From: Candidatus Staskawiczbacteria bacterium
GTDB lineage: Bacteria > Patescibacteriota > Minisyncoccia > Minisyncoccales > Staskawiczbacteraceae
Direction: 5' to 3'
DNA: 64,000 bases
Assembly: GCA_026395175.1 (NCBI GenBank)
Contig: JAPLZF010000009.1
Span: 82,083 to 146,082, forward strand
Shown here: piece after piece, positions 1 to 9,129 of the stretch
How the letters are laid out: every line of letters starts with the position of its first letter
Numbering within the stretch: position 1 is the stretch's first letter
Position numbers and translations under genes: made by a program
The notes under the pieces: generated by a model
Database searches by the model: none
Told to the model about the DNA's origin: nothing
What the model saw: the letters and a program-made list of their open reading frames with translations, nothing else

Positions 1-44
1 GTTCTACGTTGAACACGTTCAGGTTGCCGTTCGAATTGAGAATG
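1..44 (-). repeat. DGR template repeat TR1 (partial, runs off the left edge)
   Basis: 1-44 aligns ungapped to 515-558 with 7 mismatches, all at + strand T (adenine on coding strand); reads ATT CTC AAT TCG AAC GGC AAC CTG AAC GTG TTC AAC in the target frame. Confidence 0.9.
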
Positions 45-262
45 TATAAAACGTCATCTGTGCCACTGCCCCTTGAATACTCTCAGAGCTGTATATTATT
101 CGGCATCTTTATGCCTTAACGTTTTACACCAAGTAATCTTTATTTTTAGCAAATCAGGAGCGACTCTCACAAAAGCCTTGACCATTGTGACTCTGCGCTT
201 TCCTGAAATTCAGAATTCGGCAGCCTGAAGCCGTAACCGCAGACATATTCGCCTACTATCCT
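45..262 (-). ncRNA. Candidate structured RNA leader 5' of TR1
   Basis: Homologous to 17958-18173 (38/50 identity at 51-100 vs 17970-18019), co-varying helices, TAGAAT -10 at 269-274. Confidence 0.65.
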
Positions 263-416
263 AAACATATTCTATCATATTGAAATAAAAAAAGAACCCC
301 TCGATACAAGTTGCAAACTTTGCAAAATGCGCCGAGAGGCCTGTGTCGCCAAGGGTTCAAGAAACCATGTGTCCGATGAAGGACAAGGGTTCCAAGTGCC
401 CAGAGGCAACTTGAGA

Positions 417-1055
417 TTACTTGCGGGGACGGCGGAAGACGAGCTGAGCGCCTGGACTCCAGAGATAGCCGGGATTAGCATAGTCGCTGCCGAGATACAC
501 GCCATCGCCCCCGTGCTCTACGCTGAACACGAGCAGGTCGCCGTACGAATCGAGAATGGGTTCAGAGCAAATTCTGAGCCATTCACCTTTGGGCTGATCC
601 TTGTACTGCCGACGCAGTTGCGGTCCGTCTTCCGTTCCGCACAACTCCAGTCCGAACCCGAGGGCTCGCTCGTAAATCCTGTCACGGCGAGTGGCTTCCG
701 TGAAGCCGAGTTCTGCGACGCTGGTTCGGACCAGGTCAACTTCCATTTCCGTGGCCGAGACGACGAAAGCATCCTTGTTAAGCATGTCGTCAGCCCAGTC
801 GCTGATATTCATACCGGCCTTCTTCATGGCTTCGCGGAAACCGTTGGCGTCCTTGAACCCGACACCGAGCTTGATGGTCCGCCAAACGGGAAACTCCCGT
901 GGCTCAATGAACATTCCTTCAACTGCCCGCTGGAGAAACTTATTCAGTCCCTCCGGATCATACGGATAGCCTCCGGGTTGCCTCATCTGCCGCTTGATCT
1001 CCGCTAACTTCCCATCAACATTGAAATACTGATCGCCAGTGAGTACAATACCCAT
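417..1055 (-). CDS. DGR target protein 1 (212 aa, C-terminal VR, probable CLec-like fold)
   Basis: ORF 417..1121; start reassigned to ATG at 1055 after an AAGGAG SD; 3' part matches TR1. Confidence 0.85.
   Translation of the reverse strand: MGIVLTGDQYFNVDGKLAEIKRQMRQPGGYPYDPEGLNKFLQRAVEGMFIEPREFPVWRTIKLGVGFKDANGFREAMKKAGMNISDWADDMLNKDAFVVSATEMEVDLVRTSVAELGFTEATRRDRIYERALGFGLELCGTEDGPQLRRQYKDQPKGEWLRICSEPILDSYGDLLVFSVEHGGDGVYLGSDYANPGYLWSPGAQLVFRRPRK
515..558 (-). repeat. DGR variable repeat VR1 (part alignable in the window; probably extends towards ~430)
   Basis: A-specific divergence from TR1; encodes ILDSYGDLLVFSVE. Confidence 0.88.
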
Positions 1056-1111
1056 GACAATCTCCTTTCTATTTTGCCCGCCGTTAGGACAGGCTGTTTG
1101 ACTGCCACTAT

Positions 1112-1198
1112 TAGCAGTCATAGCCAGAAAACACCGAATAACATCAGTATCTTTTGGCTACGACTGCTAGTTTCGCAAGTATTTGATTATAAATGTAC
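1112..1198 (-). promoter_or_regulatory. Long-hairpin 5' leader element, copy 1
   Basis: Imperfect inverted repeat 1112-1169, near-identical to 60241-60301. Confidence 0.75.
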
Positions 1199-1216
1199 AA
1201 TCTTTACCAATTATTA

Positions 1217-1245
1217 ATTATACACCCATAATGAGTCTTTGTCAA
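1217..1245 (-). promoter_or_regulatory. sigma70 promoter of DGR target 1
   Basis: TTGACA-17bp-TATAAT on the minus strand. Confidence 0.8.
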
Positions 1246-1967
1246 GCTCTTACTTTACAATCTTTAAAATATGGAGAAATTTCTTTAACAATTTCTTCTA
1301 AAAATTCTTTTTTGAACGGCTGGATTTTTTCAAAATCAGGGTCAATTGTTTTTTCTGCCCTGAACTTCTGCAAATAATATTTTACGTTTTTTTCTCCAAT
1401 CCATTTTGCAATTTTAACAAAATCTTCTTTTGTATGAATTGTATTCACCACGGTTGTGCGAAATTCAAAATCCAAGCTTCCTCGCTTTAAAAATTCAACA
1501 CTCTCTTTAATATCTTCCATTTTCACACCCTCGCCCATAATTTTTTCGTATACTCCAGCAGGTCCCTTTATATCCATGGCAACATAATCAATCAAACTTG
1601 CCCTAACCAAATCTTTTAACATTGCAGGATTTGATCCGTTTGTGTCTAATTTCACAGAATATCTCTCACCCTGAGCAAGGTCGAAGGGCAAATTTTTAAT
1701 TTTTTCTATAAAGCTCGGCAAATCTTTGTTTATTGTCGGCTCTCCTCCGCAAATTACAACACCGTCCAGCAATCCTTTTCTTTCCCTTAAAAAATCAAAA
1801 AATTGTTTTTCTGAAATTCTTGGTTGCTCTGCAATTTTTAACGGCAAAACCAATTCTGAAGAATAACACCAAGGACATCTAAAATTACATCCTGCCAAAA
1901 AAACAATGCAGGCAATTTTCCCCGGGTAATCAATTAAAGTTGTTTTTTGAAGTCCAGCTATAATCAT
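1242..1967 (-). CDS. nrdG: Anaerobic ribonucleotide reductase activating radical SAM protein
   Basis: CNFRCPWC motif, GGEP, adjacent to nrdD. Confidence 0.92.
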   Translation of the reverse strand: MIIAGLQKTTLIDYPGKIACIVFLAGCNFRCPWCYSSELVLPLKIAEQPRISEKQFFDFLRERKGLLDGVVICGGEPTINKDLPSFIEKIKNLPFDLAQGERYSVKLDTNGSNPAMLKDLVRASLIDYVAMDIKGPAGVYEKIMGEGVKMEDIKESVEFLKRGSLDFEFRTTVVNTIHTKEDFVKIAKWIGEKNVKYYLQKFRAEKTIDPDFEKIQPFKKEFLEEIVKEISPYFKDCKVRA

Positions 1968-2025
1968 GAATTAATACTAACAAAAAAACTCCCCTGCGTG
2001 CAAGGGAGTTTTTTATATTTTATAA

Positions 2026-4194
2026 TTAAATCTTTTCTGCCATTATTGGGTTAACTTGCTCGTCAACAATTTCTAAAGTTGCAGCTATTGTTTCCATTGG
2101 AAAAGCAAACTCTTTTCTTTGCTGGTATTCTTCTTGTTTACCTTTATGCCATTGTTGAACTGGCCTAATATAGCCCACAACCCTTGAATAAACTTCACAT
2201 GGCTGTTTTATGGTGCATTGCGGGCATTCAAAGTGTTCGCCGGAAATATAACCGTGCGTTGGACAAATTGAAAATGTCGGGGTTAAAGTAATATACGGCA
2301 GGCTGTAATTTTCAAATATTTTTTTGACTAAATTTTTTGCCTGGTTGGGGTCTGAAATATTTTCTCCCAAAAATATGTGCAAAACTGTTCCGCCGGTGTA
2401 TTTTGTCTGAATGTCATTTTGCAAATCCAAAGCTTGGAAAACGTCATCTGTAAATCCAACCGGCAACTGGCTTGAATTGGTGTAAAAAGGAACTTCTTTT
2501 GTGCCGGCTGTAATAATATCTGGGTATTTTTCTCTGTCGGTTTTTGCCTGCCTGTAGCTTGTGCCTTCTGCCGGAGTAGCTTCCAAATTATACAAGTTTC
2601 CTGTTTCTTCTTGAAATTTAATCATGGTATCTCTCATAAAATCCAAAATTTCAATTGCAAATTTTCTTCCCTTTGGAGTTGTAATGTCTTCTTCCAAAAA
2701 GTTAAGCAAAGATTCATTCATTCCGCAAATTCCAATTGTTGAAAAATGATTTCCAAAATAAGTATTTCTCATTTTTTTCATATCTTCCAAATAATGCCTT
2801 GAATACGGGTAAAGCCCTTTTTCCATAAAGTTGTCCAAAGCTTTTCTCTTAATTTCCAAGCTTTCTTTTGCCAATTCCATTAAATGAGCCAGCCTGGCAA
2901 AAAATTCTGTTTTTGTTTTTGATGTATATCCAATTCTCGGCAAGTTGATTGTTACCACTCCAATGCTTCCTGTTTTTGGCGAAGAACCAAACAACCCGCC
3001 TCCTCTTTTGTATAATTCCCTATTGTCCAGGCGCAACCTGCAACACATACTTCTTGCATCATCCGGGCTCATGTCTGAATTAACAAAGTTTGAAAAATAA
3101 TTGATTCCATATTTTGCCGTAGCCTCCCACATTGCTGTCAAATTCGGATTGTCCCATTCAAAATCTTTTCCAACAGAAACCGTCGGAATTGGAAAAGTAA
3201 ACGGCCTTCCCGATGCGTCGCCTTCCATTAAACCCTCGTAAAAAGCTTTTATAAACATATCCATTTCCGGCTGAAATTCCCCATAAGTTTCATTTTGCGC
3301 CTCGCCCCCAATAATTACCGGCTGTTTTGCCAAGTGCGAAGGCGGTTTAATGTCCAAAGAAACATTTATAAACGGAGTTTGGAAGCCAACTCTTGTAGGC
3401 ACCATGCAATTGTACAAAAATTCCTGCATCGACTGCTTTACCTGCTTGTAATTTAAATTATCATATCTGATAAACGGAGCCAGCAAAGTGTCAAAATTTG
3501 AAATGGCGTTTGCCCCTGCTGTTTCGCCCTGCAAAGTAAACAGCGCGTTTACCAATTGCCCCAGCGCAGTTCTAAAATGTTTTGGAGGCCTGCATTCTAT
3601 TTTTCCATAAACCCCGCCAAATCCTTTCACCAAAAAATCATACAAATCCCAACCGGCGCAATAAGGAGCCAGCAATTCCAAATTGTGAATGTGAAAATCT
3701 TCGTTGGCTGCAGCCTCGCGAATTTCTTTTGGATAAATTTTATTCAGCCAATATTTTTTTGAAATATACGAGCCGACATATTGGTTTAACCCCTGCAAAG
3801 AAAAAGTCATATTGGCATTTTCTTTTACCTGCCAATCAATTTCTTTTAAGTAGCTGTCAATTTTTTCTGAAGATTCGTCAACCGCTTGTGACGCTTCCCT
3901 AATTGTTCTTCTTTGCTCTCTGTATAAAATATATGCCTTGGCTGTTTCAACCAAATCTTCCAGCATCAGAGCCTCTTCAACAATATCCTGAATTTGCTCA
4001 ATTGTCGGAATTTCACTTTTTTTGAACCTGCGATTGAGCAAGCTCAAAACTTTTTCTGAAACTCTTTTTGAAACTTCCCCGTCTCCCTGGTTTGCGGCAA
4101 CAACAGCTTTGTGAACTGCTTCTTCAATTTTTTTTATTTCAAAATCAACGACTCTTCCGTCTCTCTTCCTAATTTTTTCTATATTATTTTCCAT
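2026..4194 (-). CDS. nrdD: Class III ribonucleoside-triphosphate reductase with ATP cone
   Basis: N-terminal IRKRDG ATP cone, SMCCRL, C-terminal YSRVVGY glycyl-radical motif. Confidence 0.95.
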   Translation of the reverse strand: MENNIEKIRKRDGRVVDFEIKKIEEAVHKAVVAANQGDGEVSKRVSEKVLSLLNRRFKKSEIPTIEQIQDIVEEALMLEDLVETAKAYILYREQRRTIREASQAVDESSEKIDSYLKEIDWQVKENANMTFSLQGLNQYVGSYISKKYWLNKIYPKEIREAAANEDFHIHNLELLAPYCAGWDLYDFLVKGFGGVYGKIECRPPKHFRTALGQLVNALFTLQGETAGANAISNFDTLLAPFIRYDNLNYKQVKQSMQEFLYNCMVPTRVGFQTPFINVSLDIKPPSHLAKQPVIIGGEAQNETYGEFQPEMDMFIKAFYEGLMEGDASGRPFTFPIPTVSVGKDFEWDNPNLTAMWEATAKYGINYFSNFVNSDMSPDDARSMCCRLRLDNRELYKRGGGLFGSSPKTGSIGVVTINLPRIGYTSKTKTEFFARLAHLMELAKESLEIKRKALDNFMEKGLYPYSRHYLEDMKKMRNTYFGNHFSTIGICGMNESLLNFLEEDITTPKGRKFAIEILDFMRDTMIKFQEETGNLYNLEATPAEGTSYRQAKTDREKYPDIITAGTKEVPFYTNSSQLPVGFTDDVFQALDLQNDIQTKYTGGTVLHIFLGENISDPNQAKNLVKKIFENYSLPYITLTPTFSICPTHGYISGEHFECPQCTIKQPCEVYSRVVGYIRPVQQWHKGKQEEYQQRKEFAFPMETIAATLEIVDEQVNPIMAEKI

Positions 4195-4251
4195 ATACTA
4201 CATTTTACTCTAACTAAAAACCCTGTCAAATCCCGTTTTAAGCCTAAAATC

Positions 4252-4260
4252 TGTGGATAA
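4252..4260 (-). promoter_or_regulatory. Perfect DnaA box upstream of nrdD
   Basis: TTATCCACA on minus strand in the intergenic gap. Confidence 0.4.
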
Positions 4261-4270
4261 ACTAAAAACG

Positions 4271-5191
4271 TTAAAATTTTGTGGCTATTACGGTAATTTT
4301 TATTTCTCCCTTCTTAAGCGTGCTGTCTTTTACTGCGCCAAAGATTATTTGAGCCTTTGAATCAACATTTTTTGTAATAACGTTTGCCGCTTCCTGAATT
4401 TCATTTAAAGTAACATCATTTCCCGAAGCCGAAAACAAAACTCCTTTTGCCCCCTTAATTGAAAAATCAAGCAACGGCGAGCTGATTGCTTTTTCTGCCG
4501 CCAAAACCGCCCTGTTTTCTCCCATCATTTTTCCTGTGCCAAACAATGCGTGCCCGGAATCTTTCATAATAGACAAAACCGACGCAAAGTCTATGTTTAT
4601 AATTCCCGGCACCAAAATCAAATCGGTAATTGATTGCACAGCCTCGCGCAAAACATCGTCGCAAATTAAAAACGCGTTTGTAACCGTGGTTTTTTCATCA
4701 ACTATTTTCAAAAGCTTGTCATTTGAAATAACCAGCAAAGAATCAACTTTTCCTTTTAAATTTTCCAAAGCAACTTGCGCAACTTTTTTTCTTTCTTCAC
4801 CCTCAAAGAAAAAAGGAGTCGTAACAACAGCAACAGTTAAAATGCCAAGATTTTTTGAAATCTCGGCAATAATTGGCGCAGCTCCGCTTCCGGTGCCTCC
4901 GCCAAGCCCACAAGTGACGAAAACCATATCTGCCCCTCTTAAGTTTTCTAAAATTTCTTGTTTAGATTCTTCGGCTGATTTTCTGCCCAGGTCAGCGTCC
5001 ATTCCGGTTCCAAGACCTTTGGTAAGATTTTTTCCTATTAAAAATTTTTTGTCGGCTCGGCAGATGTGCAAAGCTTGCGCATCTGTATTTACCGCCAGCA
5101 ATTCAACCTCCTGCATTTCCAATTTAGCCATTCGTGAAACCGTGTTAGACCCCGACCCGCCAACTCCAATAACTTTAATTTTTGGATTCAT
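4271..5191 (-). CDS. ftsZ: FtsZ (short, atypical)
   Basis: GGGTGSG tubulin signature, NTDAQAL; directly after ftsA. Confidence 0.93.
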   Translation of the reverse strand: MNPKIKVIGVGGSGSNTVSRMAKLEMQEVELLAVNTDAQALHICRADKKFLIGKNLTKGLGTGMDADLGRKSAEESKQEILENLRGADMVFVTCGLGGGTGSGAAPIIAEISKNLGILTVAVVTTPFFFEGEERKKVAQVALENLKGKVDSLLVISNDKLLKIVDEKTTVTNAFLICDDVLREAVQSITDLILVPGIINIDFASVLSIMKDSGHALFGTGKMMGENRAVLAAEKAISSPLLDFSIKGAKGVLFSASGNDVTLNEIQEAANVITKNVDSKAQIIFGAVKDSTLKKGEIKITVIATKF

Positions 5192-5206
5192 AAAAACTTT
5201 ATCCTT

Positions 5207-6427
5207 TTATGGGATGAAGTTTCTGATCCATTTTCTAAATCCAGAGCCCCATCCCTTGGTAAGTCCTAATATACCATCTTTTGAGCCAGAATCAACCCCT
5301 TCCAAAGCCAATCCCGCAACAGTTGCCAACGCCGGGTCTTCTTGAAGCCCTATAATGCCTTTCGGCCTGCCAATTTCGCAGGAAAGATTCAATGTTTCTC
5401 TCACAAGCTCTTTTATTTTTGGAATTTTAGCTCCACCGCCTGTCAAAACAACTCCTCCCGGCAACAACTCCTGCCTGTTAATTTTTTTCAACTCTTTTTG
5501 CACCAAGTCCAAAATTTCAGAAACTCTCGGCTCAATAATGTCCACCAAATTTTTCTTTGTGAAACTCAAAGAATCTGATTTGTCAAAAACTTCTATTCTC
5601 TTTTTCGACTGGTCCAATCCTTTTTCTGTTTTTGAAGACATGCAAGTTCCATGTTGTTTTTTAATTGATTCTGCAATTGCCACGTCTGTTTTCAGACCAA
5701 TAGCAATGTCGTTTGTAATGTTTGCCGAGCCAATTGGAAAAACAGCCAAGTGCATCAGCTCGCCTTCTTCAAAAACTGCCAAAGATGTTGTTGCAGCCCC
5801 AATATCAATTAAAGCCACTCCCAGTTCTTTTTGTTGCGGAGTCAAAACAGCGTTGGCTGCTGCTAAAGGCGAAGGAATTACATCATTTATCTGCAATTTT
5901 GCAGCCAAAACAGCTTGGGTAAGCTTTATAAAATAAGGAGAAAAAACGCACAACAGCAAAACTTTTGCTTCCAATCTTACGCCGGTAAGGTCTTCGGGCT
6001 GTTTTATCCCTTTCTGGTCGTCAATAATAAATTCTCTGGGAATAACGTCTAAAACTTCATCATTTCTGGAAATATTTATTGCTCTTGTCGCCTGCAAAAC
6101 CCTTTCAACATCTTCTTTTGAAATTCTTTGGTCTGCCCTAGAAACAGAAATTATTCCGTCGGAAGGAGTAACATACAAATGGTTTCCGCCAATATTCACA
6201 AAAACAGAATTGATTTTCCTGTTGCAGTCTTTTTCAATTCCCGAAATTATCATCTGCACATTTTTTGCCGTTTCTTCCACAGAAACCACAGCACCCTTTC
6301 TCAGCCCAAACGAAGGAATTTCCGCATACGACAAAACTTCCCAGTCGTTTCCATTTCTTTGAGCCACCAAAGCTTTTATGCTGTGCGTCCCAATATCTAA
6401 ACCTGTGACAATGTCGGCTTTCGCCAT
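5207..6427 (-). CDS. ftsA: Cell division protein FtsA
   Basis: GLDIGT, IDIGAATT, VLTGGG actin-like motifs. Confidence 0.95.
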   Translation of the reverse strand: MAKADIVTGLDIGTHSIKALVAQRNGNDWEVLSYAEIPSFGLRKGAVVSVEETAKNVQMIISGIEKDCNRKINSVFVNIGGNHLYVTPSDGIISVSRADQRISKEDVERVLQATRAINISRNDEVLDVIPREFIIDDQKGIKQPEDLTGVRLEAKVLLLCVFSPYFIKLTQAVLAAKLQINDVIPSPLAAANAVLTPQQKELGVALIDIGAATTSLAVFEEGELMHLAVFPIGSANITNDIAIGLKTDVAIAESIKKQHGTCMSSKTEKGLDQSKKRIEVFDKSDSLSFTKKNLVDIIEPRVSEILDLVQKELKKINRQELLPGGVVLTGGGAKIPKIKELVRETLNLSCEIGRPKGIIGLQEDPALATVAGLALEGVDSGSKDGILGLTKGWGSGFRKWIRNFIP

Positions 6428-6436
6428 AATGCTATT

Positions 6437-6535
6437 TTTTAATTTCTAATTTTGAATTTCGATTAAATTTTAAAATTCTAATTTCGAAATTCTGGTTTTA
6501 TTCGAAATTCGAAATTAAAAATTCAAAATTTCTAA
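6437..6535. repeat. Degenerate TTCGAAA/TTTGAAT heptamer tandem repeats
   Basis: Similar arrays at 17292-17323, 35516-35566, 53901-53937. Confidence 0.65.
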
Positions 6536-6901
6536 ATACTTCTCTTCTTTCTCCTGCATTTTTATTTCTTCTGCTCTGCTTTTCTCGTGGTCATATCCGC
6601 ACAAGTGCAAAATGCCATGAACAAAAACTTCCATTATTTTTTCTTTCTTTTCTTTTACAACTTCCGGACAAATCACAATCTCGCCTAAATAATCTTTTTC
6701 GTTAAACAAAAAAGATAAAACGTCGGTAGGTTTATTTTTCCCGCGATATTTTTTATTAAGCTTTGCAATCTCGGCTTTTTCCACAAAAGCCAAAGATAGC
6801 GTTTCCGTTTCTCTATTTTCGCCTAATAAAACTTTTTTTGCAACCTGTGAAAAACTTTTCTTATCCACAGAAAACTTGGTGAGGTTATTTATCTCTATCA
6901 T
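6515..6901 (-). CDS. ybeY: rRNA maturation RNase YbeY
   Basis: PTDVLSF and HGILHLCGYDH. Confidence 0.95.
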   Translation of the reverse strand: MIEINNLTKFSVDKKSFSQVAKKVLLGENRETETLSLAFVEKAEIAKLNKKYRGKNKPTDVLSFLFNEKDYLGEIVICPEVVKEKKEKIMEVFVHGILHLCGYDHEKSRAEEIKMQEKEEKYLEILNF

Positions 6902-6995
6902 TCTGTCAATTATACCAAATATTCCACAATAAACAAAACAATAAAAAAGCGCTCATTTCACTGAGCGCCATGGCAAACCGAAAAGTTCGGCTATT

Positions 6996-7829
6996 TTACC
7001 CTTGCAAAACTTCGGCCATTGTAAAGATGTCTTTTTCAACTTTGTGTCTGGCGAGAAACCGAATCGCCCGCAACACGCCGTCCACATAGACGTTTCTGCC
7101 CAACACATTGTATGTGAATTGCAGTTTCACGGTGCCGTCCGGAGACATCATTGTGTAGGTATGATACGCGTGGCCACCAATATATTTCTTTGGAACGCCA
7201 AGCTTCACTTCTTGGACCACAGGGTCTCGCACCATGTTGTCTGCAATCTGTTCTTTTGTGTACGGCATTCCAAGCGCCGCGAAGAATTCCAGCAGGCTCA
7301 CCGCCGTCCCACTGGGGTCTTTTTTCCCAGCCTGGTGGCTTTCTTCAATGAGCAACTGCCAGCCTTCAAGCACATTCGGAAAATTCTTGGCAGCGTATTC
7401 CAACATCGCCTGAAACATCACAACTGGCGAGGCCATATTTGGAGCAATAACAGCCGAGACACAGGACTTCTTAACCGTTTCCTCCAGCTTTTGTCTGTCT
7501 CCGCCGGTTGTCCCCATAACAAAGGGAACTCCCGCTTGGCAATACAGCTCGGCATTGCGGTTGACCGCTTTCGGTTGTGTGAAATCAACAACCATGTCAA
7601 TATCTTTACGACTCCGTAAGAAGTCTGTATGTTCATCGGTTGGAATCAAACGCACTGCTTCCGGCGACCTCTCATCTGCGATGAGCGTAACTCCTTTCTC
7701 TTCGGAAAGCGCATAAGGATACAACTCCATGTCTTCCTGAGACACAATGGCTTCCGCGACAAGCCTGGCCATTTTCCCCATTTCTTGTTGTGCTGACAAT
7801 CCTGCTACCATCGCCATAATCTTTTTCAT
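6996..7829 (-). CDS. dapB: 4-hydroxy-tetrahydrodipicolinate reductase-like protein
   Basis: VDFT, GTTG, ESHQAGKKDPSGTA; GC-richer than neighbours. Confidence 0.85.
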   Translation of the reverse strand: MKKIMAMVAGLSAQQEMGKMARLVAEAIVSQEDMELYPYALSEEKGVTLIADERSPEAVRLIPTDEHTDFLRSRKDIDMVVDFTQPKAVNRNAELYCQAGVPFVMGTTGGDRQKLEETVKKSCVSAVIAPNMASPVVMFQAMLEYAAKNFPNVLEGWQLLIEESHQAGKKDPSGTAVSLLEFFAALGMPYTKEQIADNMVRDPVVQEVKLGVPKKYIGGHAYHTYTMMSPDGTVKLQFTYNVLGRNVYVDGVLRAIRFLARHKVEKDIFTMAEVLQG

Positions 7830-8131
7830 GACTTTCCCTTTCTATGTTGGCTCATTGAGCCGTTGTGAACGAACAGAACGAAACAAAACTTAACTTATTT
7901 ATATACTAATACTAATTATCATTTTGTCAAACAAAAAACCTGCCTGCCGGCAGTTTCTCACTTTCAGGGGGTAAAACGGCCCCAGCCCCTCCTGGCGCTC
8001 CAGGCGTAGTTCCTTGTCCCGCCGAAGCCTTTGGCGAAGACTGGTCCTGCCAAAAAATTATTTCTCAATTAATCTTTATTAAAAGGCTCCTACCCCTTTT
8101 TACCCCCTTTTACTCGAATCCAAAAAAAATA

Positions 8132-8863
8132 CTAATAAGTTTGAGGACTTAAATTTTCAACTATATTTTCAGATTTTTCTTTATAATCTTGGGACTGCAA
8201 ATATTCTTCTAATGTTGTATCTTGCCATTTTAGGTAGTATGCTTCTTTATTCCAACTCTTGAACAGTTCTTTGAGATATTTTTTCATTTCAATAAAAGTG
8301 TTTTCAACTAATGACCCACTACCATCTGATACAGATAACATTGTTGCGAATGCCTGCGATAGCATCATAATATTAATTGATATTTGGTCAGATTTATTCA
8401 TAACTTTTCTAATTGTTTGATCGCAATGATAAAAACTTATTAATAAAGCAAATTTATTCTTTACAACCACGATTCGATTTGAATGGATCAATGAGTAAAA
8501 AATATCATTTGAAATATAGCAAAACCCATGGACATCCTGATGGGTTTCTCTCCAATCTTTTATTTTTTTTAAATTACTATTTATACAGAGTAAATTATTG
8601 AATAATTCAGTTATAAGAAGTTTTTCCAATTCATTGTTTATTTGTTTTTCCCTTTGGACGCTAACACAATAAATCCCAAAAGCAACAATAATTGCTATAA
8701 CGTTAACGAATACAGAAATAGTATCTGCTACAAAACTCCATTCAATTTGTGGCATAACAAATAATTTATTTTCTAAAAAATAATCTGATAATATAAACAA
8801 TCCTCCAAAACCCATAAAAATAAAATGGTACCAGTTTAATTTTTCGAGCAAGCCATAATCCAT
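8132..8863 (-). CDS. Hypothetical membrane protein
   Basis: 243-aa AT-rich ORF with N-terminal hydrophobic segments. Confidence 0.6.
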   Translation of the reverse strand: MDYGLLEKLNWYHFIFMGFGGLFILSDYFLENKLFVMPQIEWSFVADTISVFVNVIAIIVAFGIYCVSVQREKQINNELEKLLITELFNNLLCINSNLKKIKDWRETHQDVHGFCYISNDIFYSLIHSNRIVVVKNKFALLISFYHCDQTIRKVMNKSDQISINIMMLSQAFATMLSVSDGSGSLVENTFIEMKKYLKELFKSWNKEAYYLKWQDTTLEEYLQSQDYKEKSENIVENLSPQTY

Positions 8864-8894
8864 AATAGAGGTAAATCCACTATTTTTTTATTTC

Positions 8895-9125
8895 TCAATC
8901 AATTTTTGTCAACATTTTAAATTTATTCTCTAAATAAAAATTCTTTGTTTTTAAATAAATCATCTGATAAAACGGTGCCATTTTAATATTTTCGGGGTTT
9001 ACGCAATCAACCATCACGGCTTGCGCTACTTTTAGTAATTCAAATTGAGTGCTTTTTTTATCTAAAATTTTATTTTTTTCGAAGCTAATAAATTTTAACT
9101 CTTTTTCAAAATTAAATTTTTTCAT
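8895..9125 (-). CDS. Hypothetical protein
   Basis: 76-aa ORF closely coupled to the upstream ORF. Confidence 0.45.
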   Translation of the reverse strand: MKKFNFEKELKFISFEKNKILDKKSTQFELLKVAQAVMVDCVNPENIKMAPFYQMIYLKTKNFYLENKFKMLTKID

Positions 9126-9129
9126 ATTT

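Noticed and set aside
327-1007. 226-aa plus-strand ORF and other long antisense ORFs (e.g. 4536..5345, 18546..19094)
   Set aside because: Shadows of real minus-strand genes with no independent motifs
4195-4255. NrdR boxes upstream of nrdD
   Set aside because: Only weak partial matches to the consensus
6437-6535. CRISPR array
   Set aside because: Degenerate 7-mers without unique spacers; no cas genes in the window
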